From Hydrolagus affinis (taxonomy: Eukaryota): 64,000 bases of DNA. The notes under the pieces were generated by a model. The model saw only the letters and a list, made by a program, of their open reading frames with translations. It searched no databases and was not told where the DNA came from. The translations under genes and the position numbers were made by a program. Below, in pieces: positions 12,286 through 23,091 of the stretch (positions within the stretch are counted from its first letter, which is position 1; every line of letters begins with the position of its first letter). Location of the stretch: assembly GCA_012026655.1 (NCBI GenBank), contig JAAILG010000257.1:1-64000 (forward strand), written 5' to 3'.

Positions 12286-13008
12286 CGGTACCCAATTCAG
12301 TTTTGACAGTGGGTGCGATTGAGGATAAACTCTTCAATCCTGTCACAAAAGCACTTTGGTTGCCTTGCATGCTCAAGATCGCACATCAATTTTAAACAGA
12401 AATGTTTTAAGGCGGTTCAGTAAAGGATCACCGTCATTGAATGTGTCACAAAACCCGAATTGATGGGGGGTGACAAGCTATATCTCTTCCTCCTCCCCCC
12501 TCCCCCCCCCCCCCCCCCCCCCCCCCCACACCATCCACCATCCCTCATTGATCCCTGAATCACAGCTGCATGGCTGTAGGGAAATGTCGAGTGGAGGCCA
12601 GGTGCTTCCCCAAAGGGGGATGGGAATCGGATGGATAGCATCTTCGGCTGCTCTTGTTGTGCATTTCCAAACAACTGCTCCGCGTGGATCGGAAAAGGGC
12701 ACGGACGGAGGTTTATTCTGCTGGGACATGGCCCTGGGATGGCGGAGGGAAGGAGGTGGAGTGGAGGGTGGGGTGGGTGGGGGGGGAGGGAGGGGGAAAA
12801 AAAAAAAATCCAGGAAATGAACACTTACCATTCTCAGGGTCTTAAAGAATAAAACCTTCAAAGGAAAGTCAAGAAGCCTACCCACTACATATTACTGTGC
12901 AATAGAGTTGCTATTTCTGCCCACCCACCACCACCAGCATTGAGTTTTCAAAGAACAATAGTGAAAACTTCTTATCAAAATCTAGCTCGAGTGATTAACC
13001 TGGAATAT

Positions 13009-13062
13009 AACAACAACTTGGATTTATATAGCACATCTCACTCAGGGTTGCATCCCAGAGAA
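13009..13062 (-). mobile_element. L2-type LINE tail
   Basis: aacaacaacttggatttatatagcac is the reverse complement of a gcgctatataaatgcaagttgttgtt-type terminus. Confidence 0.65.
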
Positions 13063-14436
13063 TTTGCTGCATGGTTGCGGGGGTGGGGGGGGGGGGCGTG
13101 CGTGCGGTGGGGGCTGACATCTTACCCACGTCAGCACGGAGGCAAATTTTTCTCTGGGAAGAAAGGAGAATTCCAAAGAGAGGCGGTTTTGACACATGTT
13201 ACATAATTAAATGCACATCTCGCCCGGCGTAGTGAAAAGCACCCGCCCTGAGCTGGGAAACAAGCGTGCGGTGTAGTGCGTAAAGGACTCTGGCTCGTGC
13301 AATGTCACTGTTTTGGAAGCAGGAAGGTCTGAATATTAAACAGGTCCTCTCGAGTGTTGGATTGAGGTGCACTGAATGTAGCGGCCGCACTACAATGCAT
13401 CACTGTTTACAAACAGCTAGCGAATAGTCTTGCTGTTCAGGTTGACAATGTACCTTTCTAAAGCCGTCTTCAGCTATTTTCGGGGACGTCTGTGATTTGT
13501 TAGGAGCTGGGAAGTAGGGGGGGTGGCGGGTGGGGGCAGGGGCTGGCGGAAAGGTTTTTAGGTACCGTGTGGGAGTGGAGAGTGATTTGTGATGAAACAA
13601 TTCATTTGGATTTTGTCATCAAAAGCCTCCCTTGACATTTTACGGCTTTGAGCTGGGGGGGTGGGGGGAGAGAATAAACATCAGTTGCAAGAAGCATTTG
13701 GGATGAATTAGACGAAGTGTGTGTTTCAGGGGATGGAGGGGTGGGGGGGTGGGGGGGTGGAATTTATCTAAAGGAGTTGTAAATGTTTTCAAAATGCGGG
13801 CCTGCATTGTATCTAGCTGTTAGGTTTGTAGTGCAGTTAGCAAACTAGACTTGCGTTCGTGAGAACGCCGCCACAGCAGGGTCCAGTGCTATTGCAAAGC
13901 ATTCCGTTTGCCAAATATTGACTGTGCTTGCTGGGAAGGCCTTGTATTACATTGTGTATTTATTGAAACTGACAGAGGCAAACTTTAACCATCTCCTTCA
14001 GTGACTGGAAGTTCAGTGGCCTGAGCGTCAGCTATGGATTCTGCCGGAGAAGAGGGGGGGCGGTGAGGCGGGCGGGCGGGTGGTGGGGGGGGGCAAGCAA
14101 TGGAACTGGAGATCTTCAAAGTGGATTGTTGTAATTATTAACGCTTTCTAGTCCCAAGCATTTTGTTTTAGTTCCGGGGGAACAAAAGCTTCTGGTATTA
14201 GCGCACCAATGCAATAACCAAATTACAGTGGCTGTCTGCCCACTCCTGACTTCTGAAGCTCTGTATACAGACCATGGCCTAGTCTGCTCAGAATGAGCAT
14301 CAAAACAACACATATATTCACTTCCTTTCGTGTTGCTCTGTAGCTTGCGATGGAACTCATTCATAACAAGCCCCCTCCCCCGCCCCATTTGAATGACCAT
14401 TTGAAGGGGGGAGGGGGGGGGGGTGCGGGGGGGTTG

Positions 14437-14610
14437 TTGGCCCAGGCACTCAGAGAAACTCCCTTGTCTTTCTTGACTTGTGCCATGGGATCTTTAACAT
14501 TAACCTGAGCAGGCAGACAGCACCTCATTGTTTAATGTCTCATCCAAAGGATGGCATTATCTGAAAATGTCAGCCTGGATTATCAGGTCAAAGTCCCGAT
14601 GTGGAGCTTG
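14437..14610 (-). mobile_element. Old Deu-SINE, central Deu domain
   Basis: ggcccaggcactcagagaaactcccttg...gtgccatgggatctttaac...tttaatgtctcatccaaaggatggca matches the Deu core (aaagatcccatggcac) also seen at 22030 and 39978. Confidence 0.8.
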
Positions 14611-14644
14611 CAGCTTGGCAGACCTAGAGGCTATCATATTTGCA

Positions 14645-14975
14645 CGTCTCCTTTCAAAAGGACATCAGGGCATTAGAGAGTGACTTAACTGCTATAAGTT
14701 GGCACTGAACTTGATTTCATTAAAGCAAAGAAGATTGGGAGTGAATGTGATCCATGCTTTTAAAATGCTGAGAGGAGTGGTTAATATAGATGTAAGCAGG
14801 TTATTTAACTTGAACGGTCAGAGGACAGGAGTGTAAAATTAACCAGTTTTACACAAGGCTTGGGATTAGAAAGAACTTTTCTCACAGACGAGTGGATGTG
14901 TGGAATAGACGCACATCTAAAGCACCTAATGCTTTGGTGATTTAAGAGCTTCTAAGAAGAACTGGATGGATATTT
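14645..14975 (+). mobile_element. CR1 LINE ORF2 C-terminal remnant
   Basis: Translations FQKDIRALES, LNLISLKQRRLGVNVIHAFKMLRG, RKNF..RVDVWN and KELDGY correspond to CR1 motifs KDIxxLE, LFSLEKRRLRGDLIEVYKI, RKNFFSQRVV.xWN and FKxELD. Confidence 0.85.
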
Positions 14976-15190
14976 ATTATAATAATATAATAATCCCTGC
15001 ATTAGATGTGGCACTTTTTCACATCCTCTAGACATTTCAAAGCGCTTCACAGATGTATTGTAAAATGACTGCATATTTTTGGGTGAAACACAGCAGCCAA
15101 TTGCACACAGCAGTGTCTCATAAATAGTCATGGATTGAGTGACTAAATTATTATTGTTTTTAATTTGTTTTCGTTTGAGAAGGATAAGTA
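14976..15190 (-). mobile_element. Deu-type SINE, 3' two-thirds
   Basis: taataatccctgcattaga...caaagcgcttcacaga...gcagccaattgcacacagcagtgtctcataaatagtcatggattg. Confidence 0.88.
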
Positions 15191-15255
15191 CAGATGGAGA
15201 GAATCAAATGCCACGTGGAATGTGATTGTTCCTGAACTCTGGGAACCCTGTAGCT

Positions 15256-15589
15256 ATAATAATAATAAGAAGAAAAAGAATCCTTACATTTGATATAGCA
15301 CTTTTCACGTAGTTTAGACAGAATTTCTAGACAGAGCGCTTCACAGAGCGCTTCACAGAATTTCCTGTAAAGTAAATTGATTGTACATTTGTGGGCAAAA
15401 AGCGTCAGTCAATTACACACAGCAGTGTCCCACAAACAATCGTGGATTGATTTATTATCGTGTTTTTTGATGGATTATTATTAGGTATGTGGAATAAGGA
15501 AACTTGTCCAAGGTTTCAGCCTGCCTGGATTAGAACACAGGTCTCACACTTGTAAGACAAGTGCTCTAACCACTGAGCTACAGAACTCC
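15256..15589 (-). mobile_element. Full-length tRNA-derived SINE with 11-bp target-site duplication
   Basis: Minus-strand head ggagttctgtagctcagtggttagagcac (A box), B-box-like gttctaatcc, body, (ATT)n tail; flanked by accctgtagct at 15245-15255 and 15590-15600. Confidence 0.93.
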
Positions 15590-16459
15590 ACCCTGTAGCT
15601 GTTGTGTCTTGAATGACGTCTGGTGTAAATCACGTAGGGTTAGATTTGTGTTGTGGAGGGAAATATCAGTTGGTGTGCAGAGCTAATGGGCGAATGGGAT
15701 TAAACTAACGAGCTCGTTGCGGAGGAAATTGTGTAAAATGGATTGGTCAGAGCCCATAATATCGCACGTGGTCTGTGGAAGAAATGGGCTCAGTAGCATT
15801 TGCTTATTGGGTGCTTTCTCCTGCACTCTGCAAAAGTCTCTGTACGCTGCTCGTGCACCTAACTTGTTTAGATGGAAAAATCCCTGTTGGACACATGATC
15901 TTTGAAGTAAAAAGCTTTCTCTTCTCTCCTCACTTTCTCTGCCTGCTCAGCAGAATCAATGTAATAAAGCGCTGGATGGACCACCTAGCTTCACCAGCAG
16001 TTCTGAGAAAGATATTATTACAATTAATAGACTCTGTTAAACAACTGGAGATACTGTATTAAAAGGCGCTATCAGCCAGAATAGCCGTTAAATAACCTTG
16101 CGACATACTGAATTTCAGATCTATAGAGAGCTCACATGCATTCGTTAATGTTTGCAGTGACAATTGCCATGAATTTTAAACAGGACTTTGAACAAGTTTG
16201 TAGTACTTGAACAACTGCCTTAATTCAGTCCAACAGGCGATACTGATCAATTGACTGAAGTCAGAAGTACACTGGGTCTGGAATGGCCTGGAGTGAATGC
16301 GTTCTCTCTGCAACTTTTATCTTTTGACAATCGTGGCAATATGCCCCTCTCTAACGTATGGGGCAGTTTAAAATTGTAAGTACATTAAAATCTCTGCTCT
16401 CTTGTCAAAACCCTTCCAGGACAAGGCAAAGTGATCGCTTAAGTAACTGTTCAGCCCAT

Positions 16460-16623
16460 TAACAATAATAATAATATTGGATTTGATTATAGGGCCTTAT
16501 CAAGTTATTGAGACGTCACAAAGCGCTTCACAGAGTATATTATACAATGGATTAACTATGTATTTTGTGGGTGAACTGTGGCAGCCAATTGGCACATCAA
16601 TATCCTACAAACAGTCGTGGATT
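16460..16623 (-). mobile_element. Deu-type SINE 3' half
   Basis: aataataataat...caaagcgcttcacagag...tattttgtgggtgaactgtggcagccaatt...caaacagtcgtggatt. Confidence 0.85.
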
Positions 16624-18939
16624 TAGTAACAGTATTTTATTTATATATGTATAATAATACTGTATATAGTTTTGATCTCAAAATCATACAATAATGGCTT
16701 TACTACACTGTAGCTGTGATGGTGTTTAAAGGTCCATGCTATTTTACTTGCTTGCATTGCTACCCTATAAATTTTACCAGCCTGCATAATCCAGGTAGAG
16801 ATTGCATTTAATTAAATTAGAAAGCTGTTGGTTATGAAGCAAAAATTGGCTGCTTAAGACAGTTAACCAAGGTGACCGGAAGGACAAGTTTTTTTTTGCT
16901 GCATTTAACAGCAATCCAAGGCCAGGGAATATTTTGTTTTGCTTTGGTCAGCCATTTCCTGAAGTTGGGTGAATTAAACCAATTAAGATCGCAGTAATCC
17001 TACCCGACACAAATCTGTGTTGAATACCAACATTGCTTCGATTGAAATCCTCCTTTCATGGCAATAACCTGCAGCCCTCGTCAGCTGCTCTGGAAATGGA
17101 TGCTACGCATTTAATGAACTGAGAGGTATACGTTTTAATATTTTGTACCCATCCTTGTGGTTTTGAGACCCTCCTCTCCCCCTACTCTGCTACGACTCTC
17201 CCACACACACACACACACACGCACACCGCCACCACTATTGTGGGCTCTGTGCATGTGAACTGTTATGCTGCCTGTCTTGGTAACACAGCCCAGGAGAATA
17301 CTAAGTGCATCTTTTTTTATATTAAAAAAACACGCACTTTTGTGGTCGCTGATTCACGCCATTGTTATCAAAGCAGTGATTAATCGTTACATTTTGCGTA
17401 AGCAGCCAGCCGTTTCTATGGAGATTAAAATGGTCCGTGTGGTTCAAAATGCCCAGAATAAGTTTACCAACATTGCATGTGCTTTGTCATGCCTCCGGCA
17501 CATTCTGGCCTTGAGATAAACTGGCTTCCCTTGTTCTCTTTGTGTACAGCCGTCCGTCCTCTTACTCTTGGATCGGATTTTCGGTTTGCAATTGGCCGGA
17601 GCTGGAAGCCTGCCCACCCTTACCCTCGTACTCACCCTCGCCCTAACCCTTGATGTGCTGCACAAGAGATTTTCCTTTGTGCTTTCCTGATAGCGTTTGC
17701 CGAGCTTTAATAACAAACAATCAAAAAACATCCTCGGAGAAAGTCAGGACGCATCAGGTTTTTCTCCACATTACTTATTAAAACACTGCATCGCTCTCAG
17801 AGCACATTTACTTGACCAAAGTCAATGAATGCAAAAGAAAATTTGTCTGTAATATCTTGCAAGCCTGTGATCTCTGCCCAGCTGTTGTTCATTTACCACT
17901 TCAGAATAGTGCAGACCGTTTAAGTATCCCAAAGCGAAGGGTATGGAATGGAAAAGGCTTGGCTGCAAACAGAAATTATGCTTTTAAATAATTAGGGGGA
18001 GACAGGGAGAGGAGGTGGGTTGGGCATTTAGGACGTTCTGTTTTTTATGTAACTGCCATGTCCACTGTGTTGTGCACCTCACCCCCACGACAAAACCGTA
18101 GAGTAGGACCTCAATCGCTCACAGCTCCCTACATAATAGAGACATCGCGTTGAAAAGGTGGTGGTGTGCGTTTTTTTGTTGGGGGTAGGGGGGAAGGGGG
18201 TGGGGAGGTGAGACGGACAGAATAAATTTTACAGGGGTTTTTGGCGAAAGTGAAAGGAACTGCAATCAAATCATTTTAAGGCTTTTAACCTCCCTCTTTC
18301 TCCTTTCTCCCTCACCCACACTATTGGTTTCTTCTCTTATCCATTCTCGTGCGTTGGCCTGCAAGGTTAAAATCGTGTTAGTCTAATTGAAATTTAAGAA
18401 GCTGTTTAACTGGAATATCTTTTTGGCAGGCCCAGTAGTAATTGAGAAAACTGTAATGTGAAAAACACACAGTTTATTCCTTGTGAAAACGCACCTATTC
18501 TGAGTCGCTATAGAATTTCATCAAACCCTCCAGTGATCAGTAACAGGTGCAATTTATCTCACTTTATACCAGGGCTTTACACTGTGCAGCAGGTCATATA
18601 AAATCTATACTCAGCAATTTGCATTAGCTTTACCGCAAAGGGAGAAAAACTACCTGCACAATAACAGCTAATAGACATTTAGAAATCTTGCAAATTGCAG
18701 GAATGTTAAAACGGAAGCGTACGCCTAGTCTGAAATGCTTCCCTCCCGATCCCGGGTTATTCCAACTTCAAGTAGCTCTCCGCACCCGGATAAATCTGTT
18801 GGATGTTATCAGGAACGGGATTCTGCTTCCCGCATGCTGTGCGATTGCTGTAGTGTGTATTCCAGTTGAATTGACAGACCACACCAACCCGAAGAATAAT
18901 TGGCTGACTAAATGCCCTGATGTTGCTGCCCATTGCCCA

Positions 18940-19039
18940 NNNNNNNNNNNNNNNNNNNNNNNNNNNNNNNNNNNNNNNNNNNNNNNNNNNNNNNNNNNNN
19001 NNNNNNNNNNNNNNNNNNNNNNNNNNNNNNNNNNNNNNN
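18940..19039. other. Assembly gap (100 N)
   Basis: Run of exactly 100 n. Confidence 0.99.
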
Positions 19040-19534
19040 AGGGTGTTGCATTGGTTTGCTTTAGAAAGGGCACTGTCACTTGCTACTGGAATTTGTCCCA
19101 TGTCGGGGGGGGGGGGGGGGTTGGTGGGAGCCCAGTCGATAGGGCAGCGAACGTACTTTAGCACTGAAGTTACTGACATTTGACACTCCTGTTACTCACG
19201 TGACCTAATTATGCTCTTCATAGACAAGTGCAGAGAGGCCCGCTTCTTGCTGATGAAGAACTGTTTGCTTAAGGAGTTTGACACAGTGTCTGATTTATAT
19301 TTTCAACACACTTTGAAACCTCCCCGATGCACTTCCTAAACTCACCTGCGTCAGATGCCAGAGTTGAAAGGGAATAAAGTAAACGTTTAAAACTTTTTTT
19401 TCCCCGTTTGTTAGTCTCTTGCAGCTGATGTTTCCTATAGAACATCAGGTATCAATTGAGCTTCTCAAAAGATGACCAGTTCTCTTTTCTCCCTCACCAA
19501 CCCTTTCCTTCGTGCCTGAGTTGCACAATTGCCT

Positions 19535-19710
19535 TGGTCTGTCTTTATCTGCTGGTTGTGGGACATTGCTGTGTGCAAACTGTTGCCATGTTCACCCACA
19601 AAATTAACTAGTCACTTTGCTGTTTGAGTAAATCCTGTGGGTTTTTTTCACACTTCAAATCCCGTGGAGTGCTTTGAGAGATTTTCAATGACGTGCTTAG
19701 TGTCTATAAT
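19535..19710 (+). mobile_element. Deu-type SINE 3' half
   Basis: ttgtgggacattgctgtgtgcaaactgttgccatgttcacccacaaaa...gtgctttgagag...gacgtgcttagtgtctata. Confidence 0.8.
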
Positions 19711-19711
19711 A

Positions 19712-20180
19712 CTCTTAGCATTTGATATAGTGCTTTATCACATTGCCAGTGCCTCCAAAGTATTTCACAGGATTTTACTATAATGTGTAGTGACTCTGCA
19801 TTTAGGCAATTGTGGCAGTGACTTGCAGACAGCAATGTCCCACAAACTGATGTCTGATTTTTTCGTGTGGATTGTTGTCAGGACTTCTCAAATAGTGCCA
19901 TGGGATTTTTAAACCTCTCATCTAAATGCCGGCACCTCTGACAAAAATATTCCCTCCACCCTCCCCGTCCCCCAGCCCGGGTCTGAAAAATGACTGTCCA
20001 GCGCCTTGGGACGTCCTCCTGATGTGAAAGGCGCTATACAAGTGTAATTTTGTTGTTGTTGTTGTTGTTCCCCCTGTATTGCACTGGGGCCTCAGCCTAG
20101 ATTGTGAGTTCAGAATCCTGACGTGGGATTTGAACCCACAAACTTCTGAGCGAGAAGCAAAAGTGCAACCAATGCTCCAG
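19712..20180 (-). mobile_element. Old Deu-SINE (tail, core, tRNA head) interrupted by an L2 tail
   Basis: Tail 19712-19850; core aatagtgccatgggatttt...ggcacctctgaca; resumes after the insertion with gtattgcactgg...tcagcctagatt...tttgaacccacaaacttctga (B-box region). Confidence 0.82.
19950..20069 (+). mobile_element. L2-type LINE 3' end nested in a Deu-SINE
   Basis: ccctccccgtcccccagcccgggtctga...cagcgccttgggacgtcctcctgatgtgaaaggcgctatacaagtgtaattttgttgttgtt. Confidence 0.9.
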
Positions 20181-21764
20181 TATCAGCTGGAGCAAAGCCC
20201 GTTGTTGTTGTTATTTTTACGATCTGAAAGCTGTCAATAACTTCAGCCCCAGTTGACAGTTTGCAGTTAAATAATAGAAATTACTGTTCCTGGAAAGAAA
20301 GTTAATCCAAATGCTACAGCTAGCAGAGTCCATTGTTAAGTCTGCACTTACCTCTTTGAAGTTTAGGCAGTTGTTTCTGCTGCTGGATGTTTGTTTACCT
20401 TTTGAGAATCAGTGCAGCAATTTCTCTTTTAATTGCCTGCATCAAATGATTTCTAATTGAAGGCTGTTCTTCTGTTTTCTCGTCTCCTCACAATTTGGAA
20501 CCACTCTTGTTTTTTTGCCTCTCTTTTTTTACTTCCATTATCCTCCCCGCTCCCACTCCCCCATTAATATGATTCGCAGAAGAGGTTGGGGTAGGAAGAG
20601 CGAGCGTTGCTTGGTTGGTGTAGAAATGACAGACTCAGAACAAGTTGAAACACTATTTCTGCAGCTCAGACGCTGCTTGCTGCTACACGACAACTGCTTT
20701 TGTTGGAATTCTTTCTCAGTTCTCCTTATTTTTGACACCAGTAGTAAAGTGGGGCACGCATAAACAAAACACTCAAACGATAGCTCCAGATTAAGGCTTA
20801 TTAAATGTAGGTGATTTCTTGGTGACTGTGTTAAATCCAGTTCAACGCTAGTTTAACCGTGTGTTGAATGAGGATAGGTTTTTAAAATTAATTTTAAATA
20901 CAAGATAAAAATTTGGCTATGGCTTGCTTAAATTAAATCTCAGATGTTTAGTCCCAATCGGAGTGTGAATTGGAGTATTAAAGCTAGAGCATCAAATGCA
21001 AGGATTATTTAACCTGTTTCCAGCTGGGGGGAGGCTTTCTTTATTCAATGCGTATGCCAAGCTTCACTGTGGATCATGCCATAGTGGGACTCCTTTGCCT
21101 CCATAGCTCATCATTTTCACATATATGCGCGCTGGGGAAAATGAGGGAATTGGGAGGAAAATGGGGGAGGAGTTGTGTTCCCGTCAAGATACAGTACAGC
21201 GGTTCCTTGTTTCAAGGGCTGCAACTTGCCAGGCTCCAGATGGCAACCAGTCGGATTGGTGCATTGTCTGAAGCCCGAGAGATAAGATAGACGTGTAAGA
21301 AACGTGCACAAACATATCTGTGGCTTACTGGAGCCTGTCCGTGTGCTTGGTTGAGATTGGAAATAGGAACGTGTCTGGCTGAGGAGGTTAACGGTCAATG
21401 TGAGCTGACTTCCGGATAGACAGAATGATCGGCAGCAAAACAATAACTTGCTGGCTGGCTGGCTTAGCCTGCCCTGGTTATGGGCTGCCGATGTGAAGTG
21501 CTTGGACTTGTAGCAATTGTTGTTTTTCTGCCTTCTGCAAATCAGCCCTTTGGGTTGGATAATAGCAACACATCTGTAGCATTTCAGAAACAGTCAGAGT
21601 TGCGGGGTGTTTGTGCTGGTTATTGTGTGTTGTGCCACACAGGATACGTGTTCTTCTGTACATTCCCAGACGAGCAATCTCAGTGTTTAAAGGGTTGTTA
21701 AGCTTGGTGCTATATAATTGTGCGCTAATTCTAACTGCTAGTGTCCCCATGTAACTTCAAGGTG

Positions 21765-22180
21765 TTAGCTTGTCTCATTTGGTAGCATTCTTGCCTCCGG
21801 GTGAGGAGGTTACAGACTTGGACCCCCGAACATTGAGCTCACAGTCTAGACATGCACTCGGTTGCGATGCTGAGGAGCGCTGCATTTACGCGCTCTGAGA
21901 CACTTACCCGAATGTAGGGCACGGTATAAATGCAAGTTGCTGTTGTGGTGTTGGTTTTTCAATGTTGGAAATGTCGTCCTTCAGGTGACACGTTGAACCA
22001 AGGGTCCTGTCTATTGGTTTGGATCCCATGTTAAAGGATCCCATGGCGCATATTGGAAAAGACGAGGATGTTTCTCCTAGTGACGTACAGATAGATTGGT
22101 CATTCATTTGTTGGCTGTTTGTTGGAGATTCTCGTGTGCAAATTGCCTGTGACATTTGCCTACAACTACGCAGTCACTAC
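21765..22180 (+). mobile_element. Old Deu-SINE (head, core, partial tail) with nested LINE tail at ~21886-21960
   Basis: Head tgtctcatttggtagcattcttgcctc; core cgttgaaccaagggtcctgtct...aaaggatcccatggc; tail ctgtttgttggagattctcgtgtgcaaattgcctg; insert gcgctctgagac...tataaatgcaagttgctgttg. Confidence 0.8.
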
Positions 22181-22852
22181 ACTCAGCAGCAATCACCTGT
22201 TGGACCTTTGTATTATCATCATTGGTGTTCTGTCAAATGCAAGAATGATTAATATTATCATGATTATTATAATGCAGGAGGCAGTAAATTCCTTGCTCAC
22301 TCCTATCTCAATGCAGTTCCAAACTAGCTGATATGAGCTGCTCTACTGCTGTGTGGATGGTGTTCAAAATGTACATGTCATAATGTGATTTGTGGTGTGA
22401 ATAGTATTGATCTGGTCTAAAGTTTAACGCTTTCTTTTGAAGTCAGTCTTGGCCATTTATAACTTCTAGGTTTCTGATAAATTGACAAGTGGCCATCAAT
22501 AAACAGTGTCGCTTTTGGCACATCATCAATACCTGGAATAAGGTGAGATGTTAATCGGTGGTCATTGTAAAACTTATCTCCACACCCCACTGTGTGTAAA
22601 TACCTCAGTGGAGGTTAAAGCTGGAGTGAAGGGACCATATTTGTCAGAAAACACAAAGGATCAGGACCTTTATGTCAGTGATGCTAATCTTCCAGAGCTG
22701 AACCTGCCTCTGCAAAGGCTGTGGCTCTTGACGGCACATTTATACTGCAGGCTGCCTTCAGAACTGACTCGAGCAGATGCAGAGGGCTGTGCTGGGATCT
22801 TGCCTTGACATTGGTTGTCTGCCTGTAGGTGTGTTGGGGGGGGTGGGGGGGT

Positions 22853-22930
22853 AATATAACCTTGCATTTGATCTAGTCACTTTTATGTCTGGAGGACATC
22901 CCAAAGTGCTTCACAGGATTCACTGTAAGG
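22853..22930 (-). mobile_element. SINE 3' tail with L2-type loop
   Basis: aaccttgcatttga...atgtctggaggacatcccaaagtgcttcacaggattcactgtaa. Confidence 0.75.
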
Positions 22931-22988
22931 GATTGGCAATGTTTTGTAGGGTATCTGTTAAGGTGGTTTTAATGTCGGGGAAAGACAG

Positions 22989-23091
22989 AACAACAGCAAC
23001 AAAATTAGACTCGCCTTTCATGTCAGGAAGACGTCCCAAGGCGCTGGATAGTCATTGTTTCAGAACCGAGACGGGGAGGGTGGAGGGAAAG
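22989..23091 (-). mobile_element. L2-type LINE 3' end
   Basis: aacaacagcaacaaaatt...cgcctttcatgtcaggaagacgtcccaaggcgctggatagtca...gacggggagggtggaggga; reverse complement of the 19950 element. Confidence 0.88.
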
